A stretch of DNA of 64,000 nt. Source: Phaeosaccion multiseriatum (lineage: Eukaryota; Protista; Ochrophyta, other classes). Below are positions 1-12,139 of this stretch, piece by piece. The first letter of the stretch is position 1. Each line of letters opens with the position of its first letter. Location of the stretch: contig OZ218955.1 in NCBI GenBank assembly GCA_965112735.1, positions 186,001 to 250,000 on the forward strand, given 5' to 3'. The position numbers and the translations under genes were made by a program. The notes below the pieces were generated by a model. The model was not told the DNA's origin, ran no database searches, and saw only the letters and a list, made by a program, of their open reading frames with translations.

Positions 1-57
1 CTGCACTTGGAGATTGTGGACGAGCTGCTGCTGCACACACCCAACAGCATAGGTGAG

Positions 58-103
<46 letters not shown>

Positions 104-186
104 AGTGGGGGGTGGGGGAGTGCGTGGGCGCGTGGGTGTGGGAGGGAGGCACTGCGAAACAGGCGCGGAGCAAGCAGACACACACG

Positions 187-226
<40 letters not shown>

Positions 227-902
227 CAGATTGGATCTGTTCTATTTATGAAAGCGGCCCATTGCTCGCTGCGGGGGGGGGGGGGGCGTGAGCGGTACTG
301 CCGTTTTGTCATGGACTGCTCCTCCTCGCATATCCTATTACTCCTCCTCTTCCGTCTTGTTCTTGGTCTTTGAGTTCGCCCCCTTTGTCTCTTCTACTTT
401 CCCTTCTCTCGTCCGTTGACGTCTGCTGCACCTGCCCCGCCCTCCAGCCTGGATGCAAGCCAAGGCCGGCTGCCACATGCGCAAGCGCCAGTTCGGGCCC
501 TGTCAAGAGGTGCTGTACAACCAACTGGTGCACCTGGACCCCGTGCCCCCCCCGGTCATCGCCATGTACATTCGTGCCATCGAACGTGCGCGTGTGCGGC
601 GTGACTCGGCCGGCTTCCCTCTCTCACAGAGCGTGGACTGCGCCTCGCACTGGAGCGTGCAAGTGGAGCGGGATGCCGCGAACCGCCGAGCCGTGCGGGA
701 CACTTCCATGTTCAACGGATGCCACATGGGTGGCGAAACCCTCATCATGAGCCGGCCGCTGACGGGCTGGCTCGACGACAAGGGCTTCCTGAATAGGGTG
801 GCTCGCTCGCGCATGCCGCGCAATGTCCGTACTGACATGGGAAACACGATCCGGATGCTCGGCCACCGCGTGCAGAACAAGGGGAAGCTCATCAAGGGGT
901 AG
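1..902 (+). CDS. 3' end of an uncharacterised multi-exon gene (exons <1..52 and 448..902)
   Basis: The donor ATAG|GTGAGT at 52/53 and the acceptor CTCCAG| at 447 join in frame (phase 1), giving LHLEIVDELLLHTPNSI-AWMQAKAG...KGKLIKG*. The sequence is protein-like and non-repetitive. Confidence 0.7.
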
Positions 903-1174
903 CACGGAGAAAAGCGTTGTGTGCCTTTCTTTGCCTGCCCTGCCGCTTGTTTGCCCCTCTTTTGTATGCTTTTGTGCCGCAGTGGTTTGGCCGGCACACC
1001 CCCCGCCCACCCTAAAAGAGAACAAATAAAAGACTCTTGCACACAGGCGCTCCCGCTCCTGCTCTACTGCCGCTCTACTGCCGCCACTCTCTCCCCTCAT
1101 CCGGACACGCTGATTCGCAAAGCATCGCCAGTGATCCCTGTCACTGCATCGCTGCCACTGACCACTGTCATGTG

Positions 1175-2019
1175 TCATCTTTTCCGGGCGGAGAAGCTCT
1201 TGTTGGACAGGTGCAGCACTCCATCGCGCATGCGGCCCGGAGAGTACACGTCCCCCTCCCTCGTGCTCGCGCTGCCCGCCTTGCTCTTCCTACTCTTGTT
1301 GTGGCCCGTCACGATGCCCGACTCCTTCTCCTCATCCTCCTGCTGGGCCGATCGCATCTGGTAATTGCCATTGGAAGCGGCAGGTACAGCAGAGCAAGAA
1401 CAACAAGAGGGCCAAAATGGATCGCATCAATACCCCCCTCCCACGAATATGCCCTCCTTTCCTCTCTCTGCGTGTTGTATGCTCCTCTCCCTCGTAAAAG
1501 TGATTCACTGTCCCCTGAAGAACGAGACGCCTTTCCTTTTCTGTCGCCCTCCCCACCGCTTCTCGTGACGCCCTTGCTCACCTTCTGCTTGGCCTTCATG
1601 CCCTGCAGCATCTTATACGGGACCTTCTGCATCTTCGCCTTGCGCCCGCCCAGGGCCTCAATCTTCTTCTGGTCGTGCATCCTCTTGAGCCGCCCCGTGA
1701 ACTGCTCCGATCCCAAGTCTGTCACGCTCTTCCAAATGGCCTGGTGCTCAGCTTCCCACGACGAGGACCGAGGACGTTTGTTCCCGACCCTTTCTCTAGA
1801 CTTCATCTCAGTACGACCGGGTCCCGTTGTTCTTTTACCACCACCTACTCCTCTTGTCATCCTTTGGGCCGAGGAGTAGGCACCCGAAGCCTCCACCACC
1901 ACCACTGGGCCCCGGGTAGGGGGAGGCGAAGGACCGCCAGTCGCCGCAGCAGAGGCGGGTTTCGCTTTGGGCGCCAGCCCATCGCCTTTTCTCTTCGAAC
2001 CAGCCCCCTTCTTCGCCAT
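1175..2019 (-). CDS. C1orf131/DUF4602-like small-subunit processome factor (exons 2019..1582 and 1357..1175)
   Basis: MAKKGAGSKRK start. Motif KIEALGGRKAKMQKVPYKMLQGMKAKQK and C-terminal GRMRDGVLHLS resemble DUF4602. In-frame splice AAG|GTGAGC ... TACCAG|ATG. Confidence 0.65.
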
Positions 2020-2790
2020 CTTATCAGCTGTTTCTCTTTCTTTTGTTATGTTAAAAGAAGAAGGGAGCTCGGGGAGAGGTGTGCCAGCTGTGAATCCTAT
2101 CACCATCTCTCCCTCTCTGCCTGAGGTGATTCCTATTAAGTCAATAAAGTTCTTCCCCTCTCTGTTCCCCCTCTCTGCCTGAACTCTCATTGTCTCCCTG
2201 TCTGAATGTCTATCCGTCTGTGTATCCCATGCCCTCTCCTTCATCGCTTCTCAGCGCGGATTTGTATTGCCTGGCCCGGAGGCTGAATGTCCGGACCTTG
2301 TCGTCACCGTCGTGTGATAGTGGGCAAGTGAGTCCCGGGCCCCTCGCTCGGCTGTTCAGCGGCCGGCCTGGGACTTTACCCGACCCCCACCCCCCCAAGG
2401 AGGCCCTCTGACGGACCTCGGGACTGACTCAGGCTCTGCAATGCGCCCCTTGCAACACCTTTGGCCAAGCCAAGAGCTCAAATCCTCCTTCTGTAAGTCC
2501 TTTCTTTCTGGCTGTTGAGGGCTGAAGGATAGGGCGCGGGGCGCCGCCCTGGCCAGAGATCGAGTGGGGAGCGGCCCCAGGCGGAGCAAGAGGGTCGGCG
2601 GCGTGATCTGCTGTTCTCTGACAGCGTGCCATCTGATACTGCCGTCACACAGCCGGAGGGGGCTGCTATGGTGGCGTCCATCGGTGTGCTTGGCTCTCTG
2701 CTCTCGCGCAATGGCTAGGCGCCCAATCGCATTCTATTAGTTGGGGCCATCCGTTCGAAAGTGCCGTATAGTGAGGGGTGGGTGGATTGG

Positions 2791-2970
2791 TCGGCCCCGT
2801 GCACGCCTAGCGGCCTAGGCCTATTTGGGAGAATTGCCCGGCCTAGCGAGGGCCGTAGGACTGAAAAGTGAGCGGCCTAGAGCGGCCGGCCGCCGGCCTA
2901 GGCCTAGATCGGCCGAAGGCCGAGCGGCCTAGCGGCCTAGAGCAAAATCGCTTGGCGTGCATGGGGCCGA
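2791..2970. mobile_element. MITE family A (180 bp), 22-bp TIRs, 6-bp TSD GATTGG
   Basis: TCGGCCCCGTGCACGCCTAGCG ... CGCTTGGCGTGCATGGGGCCGA (2 mismatches). GATTGG at 2785-2790 and 2971-2976. Internal CGGCCTAG repeats. A partial second copy lies near 20133. Confidence 0.85.
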
Positions 2971-3552
2971 GATTGGTTGTGTTGCTTCTCGGGCCGTTGT
3001 ATTGGCATGAAGAGGCACTACAAGGACTCGCAGAGGAATCGCAAGCATTCGTAGCGCAGCTGAGGAAAGAATGGAGGGAGACCGAGGGAGGGATTGAGGG
3101 AGGGAAGTGTACGGAGAGAGAGAGAGAGAGAGGGGAAGAGAGGGAGGGAGGGGGGGAAGGAGCGACAGCGAGAAAGCGAGGAGGGGGGGGTGAGAGAGGG
3201 GAGCGAGGAGCCTCGAAGGAGCCGAGCGAGTTCAGGGACAGGCAGCATACCTGCAAGACCAAGATGCGAAGAATTCATGGAGTCGGCTGGAGGCGACGAT
3301 GCCTTGTGGCGAGGGTGCGTGCGTGCGTGCGTGCTTTCGTGCGTGCGTGCTGCTTGCGCCCTCTGAAGTTGATGAAGGCAATCTCCCCGGCCGGCACCAA
3401 CTGTGTGAGAGTATGAGGCTGCTGCTCTCATCGATGCTCCATTCAAGCACGGGAGGGGCAAGGCAGGGTACTTCAAGAAAATGACGTTTCCTTTAATTAA
3501 GGACCCTTGAGGCAAGGCAGATATTGACTCATTGAAATTAGGAATCACGGCG

Positions 3553-3668
3553 GAGACGAGAGAGGGGACATTTTATTCCAAATGTAAATATTCCTAAAAT
3601 ATGCGGAAGGAGGCCAGCAAACGCACAACACATGAATATCAAAAAATGTCCCCTTCTCTTCTCGTTTC
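3553..3668. repeat. Degenerate inverted repeat / MITE-like relic upstream of the GlmS-like gene
   Basis: GAGACGAGAGAGGGGACATTTT ... AAAATGTCCCCTTCTCTTCTCGTTTC around an AT-rich core. No TSD seen. Confidence 0.45.
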
Positions 3669-4004
3669 AGATTTGATGGACGAGCGGTTTTCTTTTTGCC
3701 AACCCTCCCACGCTGAGCCTAAAGTTGTTTTTTCCACACGGCGTACATGTAACCGTTCAAATCCAGCTCATTCGTAGCGGTCGTCACCATAGCATAGTTG
3801 CACGCACCTCCAGCTCTGGCAATGCCTCCTGTGCACGCCACCTGCAGCTGGGCCGGATGCTGGGCCGGGCGCAATTGATTTCACAAATTTTTTTGGAAGC
3901 CCAAAAGAAGAAGAAGAAGAAAGAAGGGGAAGGGAACGCTCCGGGTGAGAGCCTGGTGAGGGCCTGGTGAGAGCCTGCGTCATCGATAGAAGCAGGCGGC
4001 AACC

Positions 4005-7000
4005 ATGTGTGGAAACTTCGGGTAAGTGCTGCTGCGTCCTGCTGCTCGCGGCCGCTGTCGGTGCCAAGTCCAGCGGAAGAAAGCCCGGGGCGGGCAGGAG
4101 CCACGAAAGCATGGAACATGGGAAGGAGACGCTCTAACCACCCTCTATAGAATATGCCTGGGCTTGCCCTTGTGGGGGATCTCTCCTGAAGGAAGCAACG
4201 GGTGGAGATCTGACTCCCTCCCCCCCTCCCTCCCTCCCTCCCTCCCTCCCTCCCCCCCTCCCTCCCTCCCTCCCTCCCTCCCTCCCTCCCTCCCCTCTCC
4301 TCCTCCCCCCTGCCCAGGATGCTGCGGCTGCTGCTGGCCGACCCCCGTCTCGCGGAGAGGCTGCAGCAGCGAGACGATGGGATGACCATGGTGTCCAGCA
4401 CTGACTTGGAGATCCTCACGCGAATGGCCGCTTGCACAGAGATCAGGTCAGACATCACACACCTACCTCATCATCCACATCTGTGTCATCCGTCTGGCAC
4501 CACCTTTCGTGGATCTCTCCTTCCCCCTACTTCTTCTCGCTCTCGCTCTATCCACCCATCTACCACATCCCCATCCCCCTTTTCCCTCCTCTTCACGCCT
4601 CGTCACACCCGCCACCCTCCACCCCCCCCCCTCTCCCCCTCTCTGCCTAAAACAGGGGCGGGCAAGCAGCAGGAGTAAGTGTGATGGAATGGCAAGAACA
4701 AGACCCCCGTCAGATGATGCTGCCGCCCTCCAGCAACAAAGCCTCCGGAGCACGGGGAGGGGAAGGAGAGGGCAATGGCACCGTGACCTCCCCAAAGATC
4801 GCAGCCTCAGACGAAGAGGAGGGGGGCGGCGGACCGGTGTGGGGAGGGGGAAATCTTTCCCAGCCTGGGCCCAAACATCCGCTAGGCTTCGCAGGCATGG
4901 CCTCATCAAAGCCCGACCTGCAACCGTTCCACATGCGCGTGAGGCTGCTGGCGAGGAAGCGACACCCTCTTGCTGACGACTTTGCCGCCCTCTGGAGCTC
5001 CACGTTCCGTTCCAAGCACCCGGGCAGAGCAAAGCTCAAGAAGGCAAACCATCAGAGCTACAGCGCCGCTTACATTGGCCACACACGCTTCGCCACGGGG
5101 TAAGGCACGGGGAGCATAGGTCTCTCTCTCTCGCCCTCTCTCTCCCTCTCTCTCCCTCTCCCTCCCTCTCCCTCTCCCTCTCCCTCGCCCTCTCTCCCTC
5201 TCTCTCTCCATCTCTCTCCCCCTCTCTCTCCCTCTCTCTCTCTCTCTGTGGGTGGAGGGAGTGGACGTGGGGGGTGCGTTTGTGCGTGTGAGAGATGCAT
5301 CACCTCGACGTACTCACAGAGGATACTTCTTGTCGATATTCCTTTGCCCATCTGCAGTGCCTCGTCCCTCCCTCGGATCCTCACCCTTACCCTTAGCCTT
5401 ACGCTGACCCTCATCCCGCCCCTCTCTCACATCTCTCTCTCTCTCTCAGGTCCCTGAACAGAGTGCCTGAACGTAAGTACCATTGTGTGTATTGATGAGG
5501 AATGTCTTTATTGATGAGGAGTGTCTTTATTGATGAGGAATGTCTTTGTTGATGAGGAATGTCTTTGTTGATGAGGAAGGGTCAGGGAGGTGGTGCACTG
5601 TTGTTATTGTGCTTGCTTGGTGCTGTTCTCTTGCCCTGGAGCTAGAGGGGGAGAGAAGGAGGGAGGGAGGAAGGGAGGGAAATGGAGTATCCTCGTCATA
5701 GAGCTTCAGGCTTCATTCAGAGCCCCAGCAGAGAGAGGACTGCACGGGAGGGGAAGGGGGGGTGGTCTGTCTTCGCCTCCCCTTCCCTCTCCCCTTCCCT
5801 CTCCCCTTCCCTCTCCCCTCTCCTCTCCCCTTCCCTCCCCTCTCCCCTCTCCCCCCTCTCCTCTGCTCCCGCCTCTCCCCCCCTCTCCCCTCACACGGCA
5901 AGGTAACCCTACTTCTATCGCCCCCCCCCTCCCCAAAAAAAACTCACCAATCCCTTCCCTCCTTCTCCCCCTCCTCCCTCCCCCCTCCCAGTCCATCCGC
6001 ACGAGTGGACCCCGCTGCGGCAAGAGAACGTGTGGCGTCTCTATGAAGGCTCGTTCCGCCTGCTGCACAACTGCCGAGTGGGCATCAACATCACCCACAA
6101 CGGTGACTTTGAGGCCTTCGACATGTTCAGCGCCATGGCGTCCAACACAGAGCTCGGGCTGTGGCTGGAGAGGGTGTTACACCAACCCAATGCACTCAAA
6201 GGTAAGACAAGACAAGTGAGAATTTATCCATTGGAATTTATGGACTTTGGGGAATTTATCAACCTAAGAATTACGTAATTGTTAGGAGGTGTGGGACTGC
6301 ATTGGCCAAAGCGCTCAACGGGGGATATGGGGGTATATGGGTACGGGGGCGTGGGTGTGGGTGTGGGTGTGGGTGTGGGTCTGGCTGGGTGTGCGTATAC
6401 ATATAAATATTTTTTTAGATATGTTTTCTTCACTCTCTATTTATATACTATATATGTATTATATAGAAGTATGTGTATTGGATGTGGGTGTGGTGTGAAA
6501 GTACGTATGCCTTTGTGCCTGATTCCTTCCGCGGCCCCCCTTCCCTCCCCTATCCACCCCATATATCCCTGTACACACGGCCATGTGGCCACCCACCTGC
6601 CCGCAGGTGACAGCCCCAAGATCGCGGGTCTGATGGATCTCCTCTGCACGCAGGGGCGCTGGGCAGCATCCGCCCGTCTTGCCTATCAACGAGCTATCGC
6701 AACGGGAAAGGAGGACGCTTTCGGAAAAGAGGTGAGTGAGTGAGTGAGTGAGTGAGTGAGTGAGTGAGTGAGTGAGCGGGCCCAGCCTTACGCAATGGTC
6801 ACGAACCGTACTTGGGCCCAGTCGTAACGAAACACACCACACGCCGTTAACGCTCCCCAACGACCGTTAGGGGGTAAGTGCCGAGGCGGGCAACTACGCC
6901 CCCAGCCCCTCCTGGTGCAAGCAGTGGGGAGACCTCATGGAGGGAGTGTGGGAGGGACATAGCAACAAGATCATCAAGGTTGTATTCAAAGACACCAGCG

Positions 7001-8382
7001 GGACGGACTCTTCAGCAGCAGCTTCGGCGAGCGCCGGCGGGAGACGTTACACTATCGTGCAGAGTGCCGTCGGCGCACTGATCGATGATATAGCGGCCAT
7101 GCTGGATCAGAAGGGGGTGGAGTTTACCTGCTACCCCATGCCCAACCGACAGCAGCTGCAGCATCTTGGGACAGGGGCACCGGAGTGGAGCAAGACGGAT
7201 ACATACTCATTTGCTCACCATGCCGTGAGGGCCTTCTTAAGGCAGGACCTGTACACTGCTCTTACTGAGGTGAGGGAGGGAGGGAGGGAGGGAAACTGGA
7301 ATGGACACTGAAACTGCACACTTCAAACTACAAACTGAAACTGTATCTTGTTTCCAGGTGATGCTGCGGGCGGAGGGAAGCTTCGGCATCACATGCATGA
7401 ATACTTTGGAGCAGGACTGTGTGTGCCTCGCCAGCAAGGGGCAGCCCATGGCGCTCTCACTCAGCCCGGAGGAACCCGTTGTGCTCTTTGGGTCGGAGGC
7501 AGCAGCGGTGGGAACGGGGGTGAGGAGGTGAGTAGGGAGGGTGGGGTGGAGGAGAGGAGGTGGGGAGGGGAGGGGAGGGGAGGGATGGAGTGGAAGGGAC
7601 TCACTCTCTCGCGCACGCACGCGCGCACACACACACACACACACTCTCTCTCTCTCTCCCTGTGACTGGTCCTCCTACCTCCATTTCTCTCTAGGTGGGT
7701 GGATAAGCGCCCTGGCGCACAAGCCAGCTCGGAGGTACCCCTCACCACTCAGTCGCACAGAATCGACATGGACGAGAGAGGGGAGGTGATGCGTGTGGGG
7801 CGGGCAGACCCCCTGATGAACCTCCACAGCTTTCTTAACCCCATCCGAGACGAAGAGGCCAAGGCGACGGAGCGGCGGCGAGCTGAGGCCGCCGGTGAGG
7901 AGACTCTTGATGAGAGTATGGCCATGGCGAGGAAGTACAGCGGTGGCACTCTCACTGCGAGCAGCAGCAATCCGGGCTATACTGTTCGTGGTGGCGTCAA
8001 TGGCAGCAACAGCAGCAACAAGAGAACCACAACTATGCTTGCGTCTGGGAGGCAGCAGTCGGCTGCTCCAAAGGCGGGCAGCAGCAGTAGCGGCCCTGGG
8101 GGGGCTGGTGGCGGTGCCAGTAACGGCACTGATGCCCCCCCCGAGGAAGAAGCCATGGGGTGGAACATGGTGTCAGGACTGCAGATCCGCTCCTACTCGC
8201 TTGTGCACTTGCACGAGGCGAGCCAGGGGGACCTGCAAGCCAGGCTCTGCGCCATTGATCCGCAGAAGGAGGTGGGTGGATGGCAGTGGATGGTTGGGGG
8301 TTGGACGGGAGACTCACGCAGACAACCAAACTCACACTCACACTCTCACACATACACATCCATGCACAGACAAAACAAACAT

Positions 8383-8426
<44 letters not shown>

Positions 8427-11400
8427 TCACTCCCACTCACTCCCACTCACTCCCACAGGCCCAGCGAGAGCTTGCAGACGCCTTGGAAGTCTCCAAGCAA
8501 GGCCTCCAGAACGTGCCCGACCTCAGTATGGGCCACTCCCGGCCCAGCCTCAGCGAGATATCAAGGAGGGGCTCGTCCAGCATGCTGGCTTGGTCAGCCC
8601 TCAATGCGAGAGGGAGAGGCCTTCCCACCTCACGGCCAGAGAGACACATGGGGGGGCGGAGTGGTCAGAATAAGGGGACGAGTTGGTGGGGAAGACGGGC
8701 AGTAGTCGAGGGGAAAGGTAGAGGGCAGGAGGGGAAGGAGGAGAGGAGGAAGGAGAAGGAAGACCTTGTGGAGTGGGACTTGCGAAGTGTGTCGTACAAC
8801 GTGTCCACCATCGACGAGAACTGGAGGGACGAGCTGGGAGAGCCGGGGGGGCCATCGGCCTCTGCACCCACGGGGCCGGGCGGCGCGTTGCCGCTGGGGA
8901 GCGCTTTTCAAAAGCCCATCCTCAAGACGGCGGAGGCCTTTTGTCAGCGCCTCTACAAGGCCATGCAGGTAGGTAGAGCGAGTAGGAGGAGGGGGCAAGC
9001 ACATGGGGTATCGGGGGAGGCGGGCGGGGCTGTATGCTCAGTTCCTCTTCACCCGCCCCCACTCACCCCCTACACCCATCCACTGCCATCCACTGCCATC
9101 CCCCATTCACCCCTTTCAGGCTCGGCAAGAGAAGAACACGAACACGATCGACGTGCTTGTGTCGGGCATAGAGGTGTCCCTTTGGATGGCGGAGCAATGG
9201 GCCGCAGACATGAGGCAGATGTTCCCTTTGCTGCGAGTGGAGAGCCTCAGCGCCAACAAGCTCCTGGGTATTGGAGGGCACAGCAATGAGAAGGTAGGGG
9301 AGGGTGCGGGGATGGCAGTGGATGGATGGATGGATGGATGGATGGGTGGGGGGATGGCAGTGGATGGATGAGGGGCTTGGGGATGGCAGGGCAGTGGGTA
9401 GTTCTTATGTTCCGTTGTTGCTCACCCACCCACTGTCCATCCGCTGCCATCCGCTGCTTGGTGTCAGGTGTTCACGTCGGGCTCTCACTTGCTGGAGCTG
9501 TCTGACCTGTCTGAAAACGTCGTGGTGCTGATGGTGTCACAGTCGGGCCAAACCTTCCCCGTGCTGCACGCCACACGGTGAGGGGGGGGTGGATGGCAGC
9601 TGATGGAAGGGAGGAAGGGAGGGAGGGAGGGAGGGTGGACAAGGAGCTTCATTCGCTGCCTTCCTTTCTTTGGTGCTCGCTCAACGTCCCCCTCTCTCTC
9701 TCCTTCCCTCTCTCTCTCCCTCCATCCCTCCCTCCCTCCCTCCCTCCCTCCCTCCCTCCCTCCCTCCCTCCCTCCCTCTCTCCCTCCCTCCCTCCCTCCC
9801 TCCCTCCCTCCCTCCCTCCCTCCCTCCCTCCCTCCCTCCCTCCCTCCCTCCCTCCCTCCCTCCCTCCCTCCCTCCCTCCCTCCCTCCCTCCATCCCTCCA
9901 TCCCTCCATCCCTCCCTCCCTCCCTCAGCATGATGGCTAAGCACGTCCCCCTCGCCGTGTTCCTGATGACCGGAGAGCCCAACAGCAAGATGGAGCAGGC
10001 CCTGCGCCAAGTGCAGGCCACCAACACCACCATGACGGAGAAGGAGCGGCTCGCCCCACGGGTCTTCCTCAACTTCAGGTAAGGAGGGGGGGGGGGATTT
10101 GCTGACTTAGGGGGGGGTTTATTGATTTCTGCTTTCCCTTGTAGGAGTTAACCTAAGAATTACGTATGTATGGGAGGCGTGCAGCTCATCTTCCCTCTCT
10201 TAAATCTCTCTCTCCCTCTCTGCTACGGCTCCTTCCCTTCCCATCCACCGCCACCCCTATATATGTATTATATATACCCCCCCTCCCAGCGGCCACTGCC
10301 CTGCTGAGCCCACGTCCATGGCGGCCATCGCAACTCACCACACGCTGTCAAAGCTGCTTGTCTTCGCCGCGCAGTACACGTGCACGAGGTGGTTGTACGA
10401 CAACAAAGTCGTCGCCAGCAACAAGCGTGCCGACGCGCTTGTCCTATCCTCCGGCACGCCCCCCAAGGTAAGGCAGGAGTCTTACGTATGGTTAGATCAA
10501 GACATATAAGGATGGATAAGGAGTCATACATATGGACAGATGAGGATGATCCTTAGATGGGGGTTGATGAGGATAGGTCGTTAGGTAAGGATAGATATGA
10601 GTAGATAAGGATGGATAAGGACTGAGAAGAACTGACACGATCCTTAGGTAGGGATAGATACGATTAGATAGGAAGAATTGAGACGGACTGAATGGAAGGC
10701 CCAGGCGGTCCGGTGTTGCTCTTGTCTTACTCTGGTCCAGACAAGTAAGCAGGAGTAGGCGTTGGTCGTACATATCCATAAGGGACGCCTCTCATCTCCC
10801 TCCCTCCCTTTCTCGTCTAAAGGGCCCGACGACGAAGAAGGGCAAAGGCAGCAACACGACCATGAGCGACGACACCGGCAGCAGCGATACCAGCACTAGC
10901 ACCAGCACGAGCACCAGCGCGAGCACTACCAGCAGCGCCAGCCGCAACAGGAGCAACGAGGTGGTGGGCTTTATGCGGGGCATGTGCCTAAATGATGCGC
11001 GGGACATGCACATCATGCTCGACGAGGCGGTGCTCAAGGGCGTCACCAACATCACCGGTACGTACGTAATGTTACGTCTCTGTTGTAAGACTCATCACCT
11101 ACGGGCCTTACGTAAGGGTACTCACGAAGGGCGGGGAGGCAGAATGGTTGCACACATTGGATGGCCTCGTTTCGTATGGTGTCTGTTCCTCTCTCTTTTG
11201 TGTCTCTTGCGACCCTCTCCTAGCGCTCTTTTGTTGCCTTGCTGCCCGCTCATGTCTCTCGACTGTTTCTCTCGCCTCTGTCCCTCTCTTGCTGCCCTTG
11301 AATGAACATGACCCCATGAACATGAACAGGGGCCGACGAGCAGGGCAATCGAATCAAGTCGAGTACGAGGGACAGGCTGCTTGACCAAGGTGAGTCTCTT

Positions 11401-11958
11401 CATCCCCGTCATTCTCTCCCTCCCTCCCCCCCCCCCCCCCACTCCCACATACGTCTCCTCCAACCACCCAGCCACCCAGCCAACCAACCAACCAACCAAC
11501 CAACCAACCAACCAACCAACCAACCAACCAACCAACCAACCAACCAACCAATCACCTAACCACCCACCCACCCACCTACCTACCCAATCACCCACCCAAC
11601 CAACCAACCGACCGACCAACCAACACTCAAACCAACCAACCTCCCACCCACCCACACACATATCCACCCACCTCTCTACCCGCGAATAGGCCGAGCTTGG
11701 GCGCTGCACATCAACGAACCGTGGACGGTGATGATGCTCGTGGGCGTGTACGTCATGGTGTCGGTGGTGTTTCAGATCCCCCTCTTCCACCTCGCCACTT
11801 GGGCTGTGGCAAGCGTCCTTCACGCGGCCTTGGGATCGGGTGGGGGCGTGTGCGGAGATGCATGTTGGGGCAACAACATGTACCTCGCTGACTATAGCGG
11901 AGACAGGTAATTCATCCACGGGCGTATCTCTGTGTGTCTGTCTGACTGTCTGTCTGTG

Positions 11959-12049
<91 letters not shown>

Positions 12050-12076
12050 TTCTGTCTGTCTGTCTGTCTGTCTGTT

Positions 12077-12139
<63 letters not shown>

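Noticed and set aside
2190-3550. Several ORFs between the C1orf131-like and GlmS-like genes
   Set aside because: They span a MITE and simple repeats, and no domain motif is recognisable.
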